Source: Ruditapes philippinarum (taxonomy: Eukaryota). From it: a stretch of DNA of 64,000 bases. The translations under genes and the position numbers were made by a program. How positions within the stretch are numbered: position 1 is the stretch's first letter; each line of letters starts with the position of its first letter. Location: positions 124,001 to 188,000 of the forward strand of contig NW_026864055.1 in the NCBI RefSeq assembly GCF_026571515.1, given 5' to 3'. The notes beneath the pieces were generated by a model that made no database searches, had not been told where the DNA came from, and saw nothing but the letters and a program-made list of their open reading frames with translations. Of this stretch, positions 40,401 through 54,343 are shown piece by piece.

Positions 40401-43400
40401 GATTTTTTACTCCTTCATTCGAAACCTTTGGTTTTATGATCACTGCTTAGTGATGATATTCAGAAATCTTAAAACAAGCCAGACTGTTTTGATGTTACAT
40501 GTATAGTATCTTCTTGGCAATAGTAAATAACATCATATAGTCAATATTTTCTCAAAATTGCCAACCAGAAACACTATCTGCCTCAGCATGGAAACAGCAA
40601 GCACTGCTTTTGTGTGAGACTTGTCTTTGATGTCCAATAAGATAATTTCCTGAACGAAGACAATTATTTTATTCTATAATGTGCTTCATTCATCGGCTCC
40701 AAATCAGTACCCACATGACTTCGATTAAATGAAATAATAACACAATTATTTTGAAGCAGGGATGAAGGCAAACAAGTTTAAACTAAAAGATTAATGTTTT
40801 TGTAATGAAGAATAGCTTAATATTTAACATTACTTTGAATGATTTATGAATTTGTATTCCCAAATAGATGACTATTTTGAGAAACGATTTGTTAGATAAA
40901 AAAACACGATTTTAAAGGATATAACCATATACTCTCATTTCAAATATCTAAAACTTTAACAACTGCAGAAATTGTTTTGCATCATTGCATTACTTTAAAA
41001 TATACAGGAAATAAAGTAAACTCGTAAATCAGTATGACTTTATGAATCATTAATCGTTAATATATCAGTATTCTAGAATATTTGAAATTTTTAACAACAA
41101 TCCTAATTCCCGATTTTAACGAAGCATTACGAACGTTTTATTATTCCATATAACTTGTTTTGCTTTTTCTTAAAATTCGTCTCATGAATGTCGTGTTTTG
41201 TTAATAGAATAAATCATCAGCAAAACTTAGAGAAAATCTTCGCAGATGTTTTGTTAAAGCGGTAATAGATCTAGATATGTCGTATCAATGTCATATTGTA
41301 TTACAAATCCTGTCATTTAAACAATAGAATCAGAAGGAACAATTTTATATCATCGTGCCAGTGTCAAAGGCCTAGTATATTTAAATTATGTAAGATAATA
41401 CGACGTTAGATTTAGGTTAGATAAATATGAACGAGTTTGTCACGTTCAAGCATTGTATTTATATTCTTTTATTCACATTAAACAACACAAAATTCTTGCA
41501 ATTATTTCTTTAGAAAACTATCATGTTGTTGCAGCATTTCGATTACTAGTACATTTCTTTCCAAGCGGACATAAAGTTCGAACATACACAACGTAAACAT
41601 ATTTTGAAACAGAACTTATGTTAGAACTGTTTTAAAAACTTTACAGACTGGGATATCGTTCCAAAATGTTGAAGTTGAACAGGTCCGAGGTATTGAACTA
41701 GGAAGATTGTAAGTAGAACTTAATCGTAGTCATATTGAAGAAGACAAAGTACCCGTTTTAATACATAGTTCTTTTTACGATTCAATTAAATTAAAAATAT
41801 TGCAATCACTAAATAGCTAGACTATACAAAAATTTACATGAATATTGCTAAGGTGAATACATATTATCTGAAACAGACATAGAAATTTATAAAAGTGCAA
41901 AAACCTGTAAAAAATATCTTGAATAAAAGGAAACTAGTTTTTTTTATCATTAGTTACCATACATAAACCTTGTATACTATTATATAAAATAAAGAGTTGT
42001 ATTGTTTTAATGATAGAACAATTACTTATTAAGCACTTATGTTTTTCTTGTTTATCAAAATGTGTTCTGATCTGATTAAAAACTTATTATTTTTACACCC
42101 ATTTTAAGATTTGGAGTATTGCCGTATTATTATATTTCAGTCCTTTAACATCCTATTCTAAGGCAATTTTTAATCCACTGGTCAACAAGGATACCTTAGT
42201 TTTAACCTTTATCATATGTATATTAAGAGAAATATGAATAATATGATGTTTCTGTTAAATGAAAAAGAAATACATGTATAAGTGTTGTGCTAATTTTGTG
42301 ATATTAAATGGAAATACACGTATAATTATTGTGCTTATTTTGTTATATTAAAGAGAATTACATGTATAAGTATTGTGCTTATTCTCTTATAATATTATAA
42401 CATCAAAGAGCAATGCATGTGTAAGTACCGTAAAATATTTCTGTTTCCTGTGAGCCCTATGCATGTTATATTGATAAAAAATCTCTAATATTTTTTTTAG
42501 ATTGGCAATATTTAAGTGTTGATCAATTTAACTTTAATTTTAATTTTACTCTCCATATTATAATCATGCCCAAACTGTATTTTGTATTTTTGATATCAAT
42601 AATTATTCTACAACAAAGAAGCATATGCATATTTGATAAAATGTATTCATTTTTTTCTAATTAACTATCGGACAGTTTATATTCATAAATATATGTGTAA
42701 TCATAAGCTACAAAAGAAAAATGTCCTTGTTAGCGAGATACTATTATTACTGTTAAACATGTATATTGATGTAAATGTCTAATGTATAATCATGAAGTAT
42801 ATATTTTTTTAACTAAACATGATGAACAAAAATCAACTGTTTTTTCAGTGAATTTAGCTCAAATGTTATTAAAATTCATACTTCGTCTTGACACCTTAAC
42901 TTGCTCGTTAATCATTTTAGTCTTGTATCTCTAAACATGTAGAATATATCAAACTTTCCACTTAAATAAACATACTGATGATGAATTATCCACACGCAAC
43001 ATAGCATTTGGGTAAACATGATAGTACACAGTTCATATAACGTTAAACCGTTTCTTCACCTTCCGATTTTCTTATCTCTTACGCATTCCATTTGATGCTA
43101 TTATTTGATGCTATGATCAACACAATTTGAAGGCACTTTAAAATCTTAAAATCTAAAAACAATATTTAATGTACAATTTGCAAATACAATAGTAAAATAT
43201 CAAATAACATGTAAAATGTAGTTGATATTTTCAAAGTGACAAACAGAATCACTCGCTGTCACAGCACTGAAACAACTCGTACTTGTGTGAGATATGTCTT
43301 TGGTGTTAAACAAGAAAAAATACCTGTATAATGACAATTGTGTCAGTAAAGAATATTCATTGTCTACGAATCAGTTCCGCATGATATCGATTTAATTAAA

Positions 43401-44480
43401 TAATGAAAATATTTGTTTGAAGTGAGTGTAAAGGTAAAACCTCATTTAATAATGGAAGACGATTGATTTTATTTTGAACGAACGATTGTTTTACATTTCC
43501 TTAAATCGTTTATTGATCTATATTTGTAATGTTATGACAGATTTTAAGAAACAATAATTATGTAAGACAGAAAAAAATAACAGATATATAATATAAAACT
43601 ATTTTCTTGCATTTCTAATCTGGTACCTATTAAAGTTCAATATTGAAAGTTTGTATTTAAACTTATTGCGTCGGCCATTGCAATATTTCATGCTGAAAAT
43701 ATCATCTCATCGCGCCATCACTCTGTTAAGATTTAAAGATAAGCTTTTTGGTTAATTCCGGGTTTTAAGAATGTATAACCATAGTTATATTATGTCAGAA
43801 AACTTGTTTTTGGAAAGAAAAAGACGTCTTGTGTTTGACATTTATTATTGATTGAATAGTATTATCAGCAAAACTCAGAGAAAATCTCAGTAAGTGTTGT
43901 TTAAGCGGTAATAGATATGTCGGATCAATGTCACATATTAACAAATCCTGTCATTAAAATAAAGGAAATAGAAGGAATAATGACAGGTCATTATGTATAT
44001 ATGTCAAAAGGGTGCAGTATATTTAAAGAATGTGCAAAGAAATTTTCTATAGAACTAGTAAGACAATGTTTACTCTATAATTAAGATTGACCAATACAGA
44101 ATCGTTGCAATAGTTTGTCAATATTAAATTCCATTAGGTGCAGCACGTTAAAAGTTTTTAACATGAACATCACTTTACCTGAACTAAAACATGCACTATT
44201 ATATGCTACAAAAAATTTATTCAATTCAAAAGCTTCAATTTTTTGGAAAATTAAACATTTTACTTTTACACTCTATATTGTTCATGCCCATTGTACTAGT
44301 ATTTTGATAATTATGAACATTTTACAGCACAGAAGTAATGTTATTTGTTTGACAAACGCATTCCTTTATTTTTATTGATTTTCCGACAATGACATATTGT
44401 GCTATAAAATGTAAAAAGAGTCGACTCGACCTTGTTGAAAAACGATATCATAATTGTAAAATATATATAATTGATAGTGA
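37430..44480. repeat. Older segmental duplication, copy A (paralog of ~56325-63870), with internal repeat 40500-41400 ~ 43200-44040
   Basis: Shared colinear blocks: tgaaccacatctgc, aagctcgaactt.aaatattcgtga, ggtgtaaacagctgtt, aaacactatctgcctcagcatgg, atcagcaaaact.agaga. Confidence 0.9.
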
Positions 44481-47464
44481 AGTAATGGTATTAATGTGTA
44501 TAAATCACGTGTGAGAACTGTGATTCTTGACATGATTAAAATCGATATTACATTTTCAATGTCTATAGATTAGCAAATATGCAACGCTTTACTACGTAAT
44601 AGGTCTTCATTTCAATAAAACATTTTTAAAAAGTTTAGACTTTCTCAGACAATTTTGAATGCTTTGAAATCATGAAATAACCTTTGAGCAGTAGATATAC
44701 TTGATTACTTGAAAGATGACTTATGGCTTTGTACATTTTATCCCTGCAAGATGAATACCCATTGTATTCAGAACTTATCCAGAATTGAAATATATTGATA
44801 ATAATGACATTAATTGCAAGTTGTGAACACTCAATCAACAACCACTCGAATGCAAGTAAAGTATAAATATTTCTATTGCTATAATTATATATTTAGATTC
44901 TCTTAAATTGTCATCACAATCCGCCGCCATATTTAACAGAATGCCAAATGAACGACAAAACATTTTACGACAGCATACAAAATAACAATTATTAATTTAA
45001 ACAATTATCACGTCGTGTCACGTCGTGTCTCCTAAATGCATTATTTAGCTATTAATTCTACCAAAGGTGACAATGTTAAAAGGTTGTCCTGCAGCTAATT
45101 CATTGTTATAATCTCTTGTTCTTATTGATTCCACAACTTATGTAATCTCAACACCCATTTATAAGGGGAGCATGTGAAAAATCCACTAGTGCTTTCTTCC
45201 ATCGTAAAATTTTAACATTACCTCATCATTACAATCTTGTCTAGCGTCTGGTTTGTAAATATTGATGCCATTTAACAAAACGTGTGGAGGCTAAATAGAA
45301 AATAGCCTATTACAACGAGTTTGATTTAAAAACAAGTCATTTCAAGCAGTTTTCAGAAATGTTATGTCAATTGTATTACCCTGTAACGATGGAGTGAAGT
45401 AAACTACCTTCATTTACTATGCATTTTATGCTTAACGGACTTTATCTTAACACGCTATGATATGTCATGCAGTGAGTTTCAATTGATTTGTGCAATAAAA
45501 AGCAAAAATATATATATATTTTATACTAACAACAAATATACAAAGAACTTTCTTATATGCCAATATACTACTAGTGTTTTAAGTAATAACGATTTAACAA
45601 AAAGGGGGATTTAATCCGTTGTTATTGTGATTCTTTTTCTAGAAATACGTAGCTGTATATGTAAAGTGTACATTACCAAACATCTATATTTATTGCCTTA
45701 AATACCACATCACATTTGCTGAAGTTACTTTCTTTAGGGTCTTGTCCTAAAAGTATCTTGCATTCAAGATAATATTTGTAACCTTTGCAATATTATTAAG
45801 TGTTAAGTGCTGTTTGTTTTGAAAAAGTATCATCTTTTTCCCATTTAACCAACTTCGAACAACAAAACAACTAACATTACATTGTTTTCATCCATTGGTA
45901 TTCATCACAGGGTTAATCTTGGGATGACGGTTTTATAATAGCAGACACGTGTAAATTATAATAAAATAATGTTAAAATAATTGTAATACTGGGGTATTGA
46001 TTTTCATAATGCATAACGTAGCTGGTGTGCGTCGATGGTAGCTTGCAAATACCACTGCCGGTCATTAACAGGTTCAATCTTCCAAAGCCTGAAGGATTTA
46101 CAATTTGGCCGCTTTAAATTTTCTTTTGGGATTCTGTTTGTCTCTTTTTTATATATAGATAAGTTATATGAAGTGTGTTAAGTTATATGTCTGCTGCATG
46201 AAGTCTACAAAAGTATAGTTTGCATTTTCAAAAGCAATAATTCAAAAAAAATACCTGTATGGAAAAAATGGGTCTTCATATTTGTTTTGTGCAAATTACA
46301 CAAGCATACAAACCATTGTCACTCAACTTAAAAAAAATCAGCATAATATTTCGTTCCTGATCTTTTTATTCTGTTGACGTATTTTAGAACTGTGATTCGA
46401 ATAATAAAGGCATTTTAGGTTAACTTATCTTAGGGAAACCGACCATTATTAGAAAATGAAAACAACATAATTTTACAGGTTATAAACGTTATTAATAATT
46501 TCATCATATATACCAATATACACTTTTAATGTATCACTCAAGGTCAAATAGCAAATAAATTCATGTGCTTGCTCTTTTACACCAACTTTATATCAAATAT
46601 TTAAACAACTGGAAACCAGCTCAGTAATTAAACTTTATTGCAGTGCATAAAAGTAGTAGTACACTTAATATATATATTTAAAATATTCATTAGCTTTAAT
46701 GTACAGGCTAAAATGTTATAGTATTTTTGTATCATTTGAAAATTTTATAGACCTGTGATGCATCTGATTATAATGCAATGAAATCTCCCGGTATGAAATA
46801 TGAATCAGTTTTTAATTGCGTTTATAAGTCAAACTGTAGTCCCAGGGTCTTATATGACTCTCACAACTAGTGAAAACATCAATTTTAAATTAACTCTATT
46901 GGGTTTGCCATTTTTTCATGATTATTGTCGATTTAAATAAATCTGAAATTCTCTTTTTATCGCTTTACTTTTAAGTGTTGCTGGTTAATACTTTTTACAT
47001 ATGAATACAAAGATAAACACTCGTATGGGAGACAGGGAACACAACCCCCAATCAAACAAATAAGATCAAAACAAAAATACTATTTAAATACTACGCATTG
47101 ACTTAAAATGGTTCAATATAAACATGCAATTATCATAGTATTGCAAGCAATCCATAAGTTCCCTACCGGTTAGAACCCCACCAACATTCTGAAGGGCCAT
47201 TGGCCATTCACTAATGCTTCAAATTTTCTCTATATTCAGTAAATTTGTGCGAAAAGTTCTTTAAAAGTGATCACAGGAAACAGTTTTTATGACCAGACAG
47301 ACAGACGGACTGAATGGCACTCTAAAGTTAATATTTGAAACATCCATGTTACCAAAATATAACATTTTAAAAGCAAAATTCTTAAAGAGGAGATAACTCT
47401 TGAATTAAAGATGCAATTTCATAAAAAAAATTCAGCTCTTTTTGACTTATCATAAATATTGTTA

Positions 47465-48259
47465 TATTTGCCATGTTTTAAGCCTATTTGTTGCCAAGGC
47501 AACTGGTATTTTTTCAAAATAGGAAGAACAGATAAGACATGCATAATCTCAAGATTGCTATCTAACCAAATGTCAAGTTTCATAAAAATATTTCCAGTAC
47601 TTTTTGTGTTATCACTGGATTCAATTTATGTGTAAAATTTGCCATATTTTCAGTCTATTTGTTGCCATAGCAACCAGAATTTTCAACATAGGAAGAAAAG
47701 AAAAAGACGTGCATAATTTCAAGACTGCCATCTACATATGTCAAGTTGCATAAAAATATTTCCAGTACTTTTTGCATTATCACTGGATCCAGTTTATGTG
47801 TAAAATTTGCCATATTTTCAGCCTATTTGTTGCCAGAGCAACCAGAATTTTCAACATAGGAAGAAAAGAAAAAGACGTGCATAATTTCAAGACTGCCATT
47901 TACCCATATGTCAAGTCTCATAAAAATATTTCCATTACTTTTTGCGTTATCACTGGATCCAGTTTATGTGTAAAATTTGCCATATTTTCAGTCTATTTGT
48001 TGCCATAGCAACCAGAATTTTCAACATAGGAAGAAAAGAAAAAGACCTGCATAATCTCCATACTGCCATCTATCCATATACCAAGTTTCATAAAAATATT
48101 TTCAGTACTTTTCAAGTTATCGCGGGATCCAGTTTTGTGGACGGACGGACTGACGGACTGACAGACAGACAGACGGACGGACAGACAGACAGACGGACGG
48201 ACAGACGGACGGAGGGTAAACCTAAAGTCCCCTCCGGTAAACCGGTAGGGGGCTAATAA
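47465..48259 (-). mobile_element. HINE/pearl-like element with four ~170-bp internal tandem repeats and a (GACA/GACG)n tract; may extend left to ~47000
   Basis: Monomers start at 47467, 47638, 47806 and 47976. Microsatellite at 48140-48211. Terminal hairpin cccctccggtaaaccggtagggg followed by ctaataa. Confidence 0.88.
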
Positions 48260-48379
48260 AAGGGTATTGAAGTGAAGGGAAAGGAGAAAGTTATGGTAAG
48301 AGAAATAGATTCTGTTAGGAGAAACGCATGCACCTTTCAGTACAGTCCATAAACAGGCTCCATCAATATTAAGCAAAAC

Positions 48380-48495
48380 ATGTATTTGCTGACAACACAT
48401 AGCGAATGCAATATGGAGGAGCATCGCCTTGGAACGGTCACAAGCAAAATCATTACTGGAAAGTGTTAGACCTAATCTATGCCCCAATAAGACGG
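48380..48495 (-). repeat. Fragment of a dispersed repeat (gaccgttccaaggcg motif)
   Basis: Motif recalled from molluscan interspersed repeats; family not determined. Confidence 0.35.
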
Positions 48496-50739
48496 AACAG
48501 TGTCACTTAAATTATTCCAAACTGATTAAGTTGCCGTTGGAGAAGCTGTATTTTCTATTATGTGTCATGCACAAACTCATTTTATGCCATGTGAAGCTAT
48601 TTGTTTTTGTTTTCATAGTTCCCAATGGATCTCACCTTTCAATCACTTTAACTGCTTGTCAGGAATAATTGGCCATACATTATTTTACATATCTGATTTA
48701 TTAAATCATTTATGATTATTTTTCGTAGATAAGTAGACATAAAGATCATCAGCAAATAACAATCAACAATCTGTGAATACAATTAAACTGAAACAACTAC
48801 ACTGGCAACCAAACTTGACTACTTTTACCAGGCATACTGCCAACCTACTGTTTTAAATGGCGCTATACAATATAATATTATATAAATTAAGTATGAGTAT
48901 CAAAATACAAAGCTGTGTATCAATTAGATTTATATATTAATTAAGTGCAAGATCACCTGGGCAACTTCCTATGAATCATCTTTTATCAGGTCTAATAGCA
49001 TGTAGTTTATATAATTATGTGTTTTACTAGTATATGAATGAGGGATGTTGTACTTATTCATTATCCCTCATGTACAGACTTAATCAAACTGAGTCTGGTA
49101 TATTCATGTAATTTTGTTGTTATAAATGCTTACGCAGTGAAGTATACGAGTACTGCATTAAGATGTTACAGATAAAAAATATTTGTGCCACAAGTTAAGA
49201 TCAGTCTCGATGCATTGATGATGCTGATCCATATTATTCATATTTATCACAAATAAGAATAACAAGTACCTTATCTGTTTCAAAAAAATGTCGAGTTATA
49301 TAATGACCTTCAAGTTGCAGTTTTAAAACAATATACTTCTGTATTTTGATTAAGCCCACCAGGTTTTGCCGATGATCTTCATGAGCAATAGCAAAGAAAT
49401 GAAAAATTTCCTAAATATAAAATTTATCGGTCTTCAGCAATGACCAGATTTTGTTCTATCTGGAACTGGTAATACCTTTTCGATATCCCTGTTATTACCA
49501 TAATAATGATTTAAGTTTCTGATTTTGATGGAGAAACCATTTCTGTTATTAATAAGTTTATCAATTTTCCGCCATAACAAAGGAATTTATTGCAGTATAC
49601 TGTCATGTTAACATTTATTTAAAGTTTAAACCCAAACTGCAGATAATCATATTAGACTTTATTCGATCATCAAAACGATACGCTGTTTTGACAATGGAAG
49701 GTGTGTGTGCAAAACGAAACTAGATTGATGTTACTTAAGCCAAGATATTATATATATTGTTTTGTTAATATACGGATTTAAATCTCCTTTTTCAAGTGTT
49801 ATAAAGCGTGTCTCATATAAAGACAAAATCTCATATATACATGTACTTTAAAGCAATATGTCAAATCAATATGTTTTTAACTCTGGGTAATTTCCAATTG
49901 TCTTGTCGTACCTAAAAGACTGATTTTGAATGTTTAGAATGATTGACAGATACAATTTAAAGTCTGAAAGGTTTGCCGTTTTTTTTGTACAATCATTGTT
50001 AAAGTCCTTCGTCAACAGAAATATTTAGATATGTGAAAAACTACTTAACAAACTGTATTAAACATCATCAAACATCAAAAATTAAGATATTATTTACTTG
50101 TATTTTATTGAAACATTTATATGCTCACCCTTAAAAGAGGATAATTCAATTGCATACAACAAAATAATCTTGTACAATCAAGTGAATAATTTTCTTAAAA
50201 TATCTGAATAAAATGCACTTGTTATATACAGTATCCATATATACCTTTACACCACTTGAAAAATACAGTATTGTTGATATCATAGTATTCACCCATTTCA
50301 GAAATATGTTTGTATCAATTTAGTAAAAATGATTGTTACTAAAAAGTACAAAAAAATCTACTGAAAGTACAGAAAATAAAATAAATTTTAACATATTTTC
50401 ACTTTTTAAAGAAACGGATATTAGTTGAAAATCATGCACTCAGATGCGACTTTCATCTTATATTCAAAAGATTGTACTTTCATATCATTCTTCTCTTGCC
50501 TCTGACCTTGTGCACCACTAAAATATATTTAAAAAATCACAAATGTCCATTTTAAGACCTTGCTGTCTGCTAACGTGTATGTTTTTTTTAACTTGCATTT
50601 TTTGGCGTGTATGTTTTTCAACATTTTTGGCATAACCAACGTTTTTGTAGAGGTTGAGGTTTTGCAACTGAGTTTGATATCACACATACACTACATGCTT
50701 TCCTTATACTGTACTGTTGTATGTGTAATGTAGTACTTT

Positions 50740-51325
50740 ATTATATAATCTAAATATAGCTGCAATCTCATTGGTCCAAACAGTAGTCAACAGAACTTTT
50801 TATAAAATCATATTCACTGGGTGTAGTATCATATTCACTGACTGAATTGGATTTTCCCAGTCTAAAAATAGATTGAGACTCATATTCAATGATCATACAC
50901 CGTAAACTATTAATAATGCGTGTTAATTAAAAAATAATTGTTGCTTTTTGTTCTTTATGGCATATTTCTCGATTAAAATATCATTACTTTTCTATTATAC
51001 TTAAAGGCTACACCGCAATTATGAGTATAAACTTGAATTATTTTTGTATGCGCAGCGTTCGCGTAGTTGTTGCACGCCTAACACGTGCGTCTTTTTTCTC
51101 GCGCTTCAACGAGACAAAATTTGTACATGTATATAAGGATGTACTTTTTGTGATGTTTTTTTATTTCTTAGCCTATTCATATAATAAAACAATTATTGAC
51201 TAGTGAGCCATTGAATATGATGTGATAATCACCGGCAGAAAGTCATATTGACCTCGGCTATATGTCATCTGCCGGTGAATATCACATCATATTCAATGGC
51301 TCACTAGTCAATAATTGTATAATAA
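50740..51325. mobile_element. Non-autonomous element ending in a ~130-bp palindrome (51189-51319)
   Basis: acaattattgactagtgagccattgaatatgatgtgata..ccggcaga pairs with tctgccggtga..atcacatcatattcaatggctcactagtcaataattgt. Short IR ttattatat / atataataa. Superfamily uncertain. Confidence 0.7.
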
Positions 51326-51904
51326 TACATCATTTCTATTGACAACAGAACCAAGTTATGTATAGTTATTTTAACATGATTGTCAAGTTAAGTTGTAGAA
51401 GGTTGCATGAAGGCTCTGTTAGTTTATGTGATGCCAACAGTACAGTTTCCGTAGTAAAAATCCATGATGCTCATACTGTTAATGTGTTGATGTAGTGATG
51501 TAACAGGCAATAGTATACAGCAGAAAATTATCTGGTACACTGCATGGCAACAGACAATTACACTCAACTGGTGTAAAATTTTATGAAAGAAATGTATGAA
51601 ATCTTTGTAAATTGTCCATTTAGGAGATGTAAATGTATTTACGGATGGCACTATATATCTTTCATATGCTATTCAGTGTCGGCATAAGACGATATCAAAA
51701 TCCGTTAGTTAGTTAATGTTGTTGATCAATTTTGTCAATAATAAATATATTGATACCATCAAGTACCAACAAATTCTTCACAAAAATCTCACTTTCATTT
51801 ACATAAATACATTGCGAAATTGTTTGAATTCCTTGTCTGAAATCATTGAAATTTGCGCGTTTTTTAAGTAATTTTGAACAGTATGTTATATTATATACAG
51901 TGAT

Positions 51905-52122
51905 CAGACATGTGGTAGTCGTTATATGTAATTTAATTTTATTTAATCGATGACAATTTTTTTAGTAATCACAGTAATCAGTAATCATAATTTATTTCCT
52001 GTAATTTAATCAATTTCAATGTCAAAATGGAGTAATAAGTAACCTAATTTAATCAAGCATTTAGACAAATAATCATAATTAATTAAATCAATTACAATTG
52101 TCAAGTAATCGCCCCATGTCTG
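51905..52122. mobile_element. hAT-type MITE, 218 bp
   Basis: TIRs CAGACATGTGG / CCCCATGTCTG (10 of 11 match) and a perfect 8-bp TSD ACAGTGAT at 51897-51904 and 52123-52130. Confidence 0.9.
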
Positions 52123-52734
52123 ACAGTGATGGTATATTTGTTGACGTTTGTTTCACGCCAGAAATAATTGGCTTAGAACAGTAGCTAAAAGGTGATGTGT
52201 AGGAGATGTTTTGGATTGCTGCTCCGTACTTCATCTCAGTTTATTACTAGACAGTATATTTCTCTGGTTGTTTAGAATCTTTGAATTCGATAGATTAAGT
52301 GTTTGGTGATTGAATACTGCTTAATGGTGCTAGAAAACGTTAGATGTATGTTGTACCAAAAAAGAATGTTAGATAGATGTGAGTCTGTGATTTCATTCTA
52401 TACTTTTTCTTTCAAATTATAAACAATTATTAGATCAGTGAAATCTTGAAATAAAATATTTAAACATGCTTACCTTTTCAAAGAATCCACCTTAATTACA
52501 GTATGAAAATGAGCAAAAGAACTCAAGAATTGCCGTTCACAACTTAATCCGTCTGCAAGAATGTATCGACCTATTGTAATATTACATTCCTTGTGACGTT
52601 TTCCAAATATTGATGGTTAGTTATTTATGTTCCCTTATCTATAGCAGAATATTTTCCAAGAAAATCTTGGCAGATGTTAATTAAGCCATACAAGATAAAT
52701 CAGACCAATTTTGTATTGTGCCGTTTAGATAAAA

Positions 52735-52752
52735 TAGAGAGAGAGAGAGAGA
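52735..52752. repeat. (AG)n microsatellite
   Basis: Read directly. Confidence 0.9.
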
Positions 52753-54343
52753 TGGAGGACGACAAGTGATAAACAGTCATGATTTATGTCTAAAGAAGAC
52801 CTTTAGTCATCTTAATGTTACTCAATTTTAACAGGTAGTTTTGCTTTTTTGAAGATGTATGAAGTAAAAATATATTTTTCAAATTTATTTGATCATTATA
52901 ATCCAACAATCAAAGCTAAAATTTCGGGTACAACGTAATATGAACATTTTTATGAACATGTCTGCAGGCATAACACGTACGCATATTCTTTTGTGTTACA
53001 CCAATTGTATCATATACATGATTTGCATTTGTCATTAAGTATCCGTATCATAACCCGACGAGTATTTTTTTGTGACGGGTAGTATTTACTAAATAATGAT
53101 TATATCGATTTGAAGCAATTTAGTAAATCAATTCGCTTAATTAAATTATGCAGGAAGAACAAAATAAGTTAAGACATTGCTGTAGAAATTATCACAGATC
53201 TTCCCGTCGGCTTTTTTGCTAAACATACATTCAACTTGTATGGTTACAGCTGACCGATCAATTCAGCATTTTTAAAACACTTTACCTTCTTGTCGCTAAA
53301 GATTAATAAAAAACAAAATGCCAATATTTTCATTATAATGTTCAAGCATGCCAGATATCATATATCAAAAAGACCAAAAGCAAACAATTTATGTCCAAGT
53401 TCTTTTACTATATCATGTGTAAGACTGAGTTTATATAGAGACCATTTTCTGTACGATTACAAGTGATTTTCTGTGATTTTGAAAATAAATAGATATTCGT
53501 TCATTGATTATTTAGATACACGTTATAATTGTTTTTAAGTTATAAAAGAATTGAGTATACAATGTAGAAAAAACATTCAGGGACAGGTTCATTGCATCCT
53601 GCTAATGTTGATATAAATGATTTTAATATTTATATCTTATTCTCCAACTACAACATTGTACCAGTGCCGGTAATCGTTAAGAATTAAATCGAGCATCCAG
53701 AGAAAGTTTTGCCACAAAGCAAAACTGGCAGACTAAATGAAATAAAAACTGGAAACTTTTATCTCTGGGCTTTACTCTTTCTACCGGCGTTAATGTCCTT
53801 AATGGGTTCTAAACGAAAAGTAAGTATATACTGTTGTTATTAAATGAATCGTGTTATTTTCTTTCTCATATTAATCCAACGTAAAAGCATACCGTGCCAT
53901 TAATTTTACACACAATCTTTTTCAGTTCAATTGTGTAGGAAGCCGTAAGCATATAGACACATTGTAGAATCTGATTAAGTACTAGTATTGAACATTTACT
54001 AAGTTATAAGTATCAAGTTTCTTGCTCAAGGAAACATTACTTGCCTCTGACATGTGGTTAGCAATCTTACTGGTCCTATGCCTTTATAAATCAGCCACGA
54101 CTCCACCGTTATTTTTGTGCAAGTGCCATGATACAAGATTTGTAATATAGACACTTAATAAATGAAGTTTTACAATATTGTTTATAAATGCAACACTGTT
54201 TTCATTTAATGATATTAACTATCTTTCCTATTAAAAAAACTTTCATAAAAGAAGAACATATATATATATATATAAATGATGGGTAAGCTGAAGAATAAGA
54301 TAATACAAGTTGAGAGCTGGTCTAGCCGTGAATTTGCATGCCT

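Noticed and set aside
47465-48135. CRISPR-like array
   Set aside because: Whole monomers repeat with no unique spacers; eukaryotic context and no cas genes.
47772-48487. ORFs of 78, 104 and 164 aa
   Set aside because: They are read-through of the 170-bp repeats and the GACA/GACG microsatellite.
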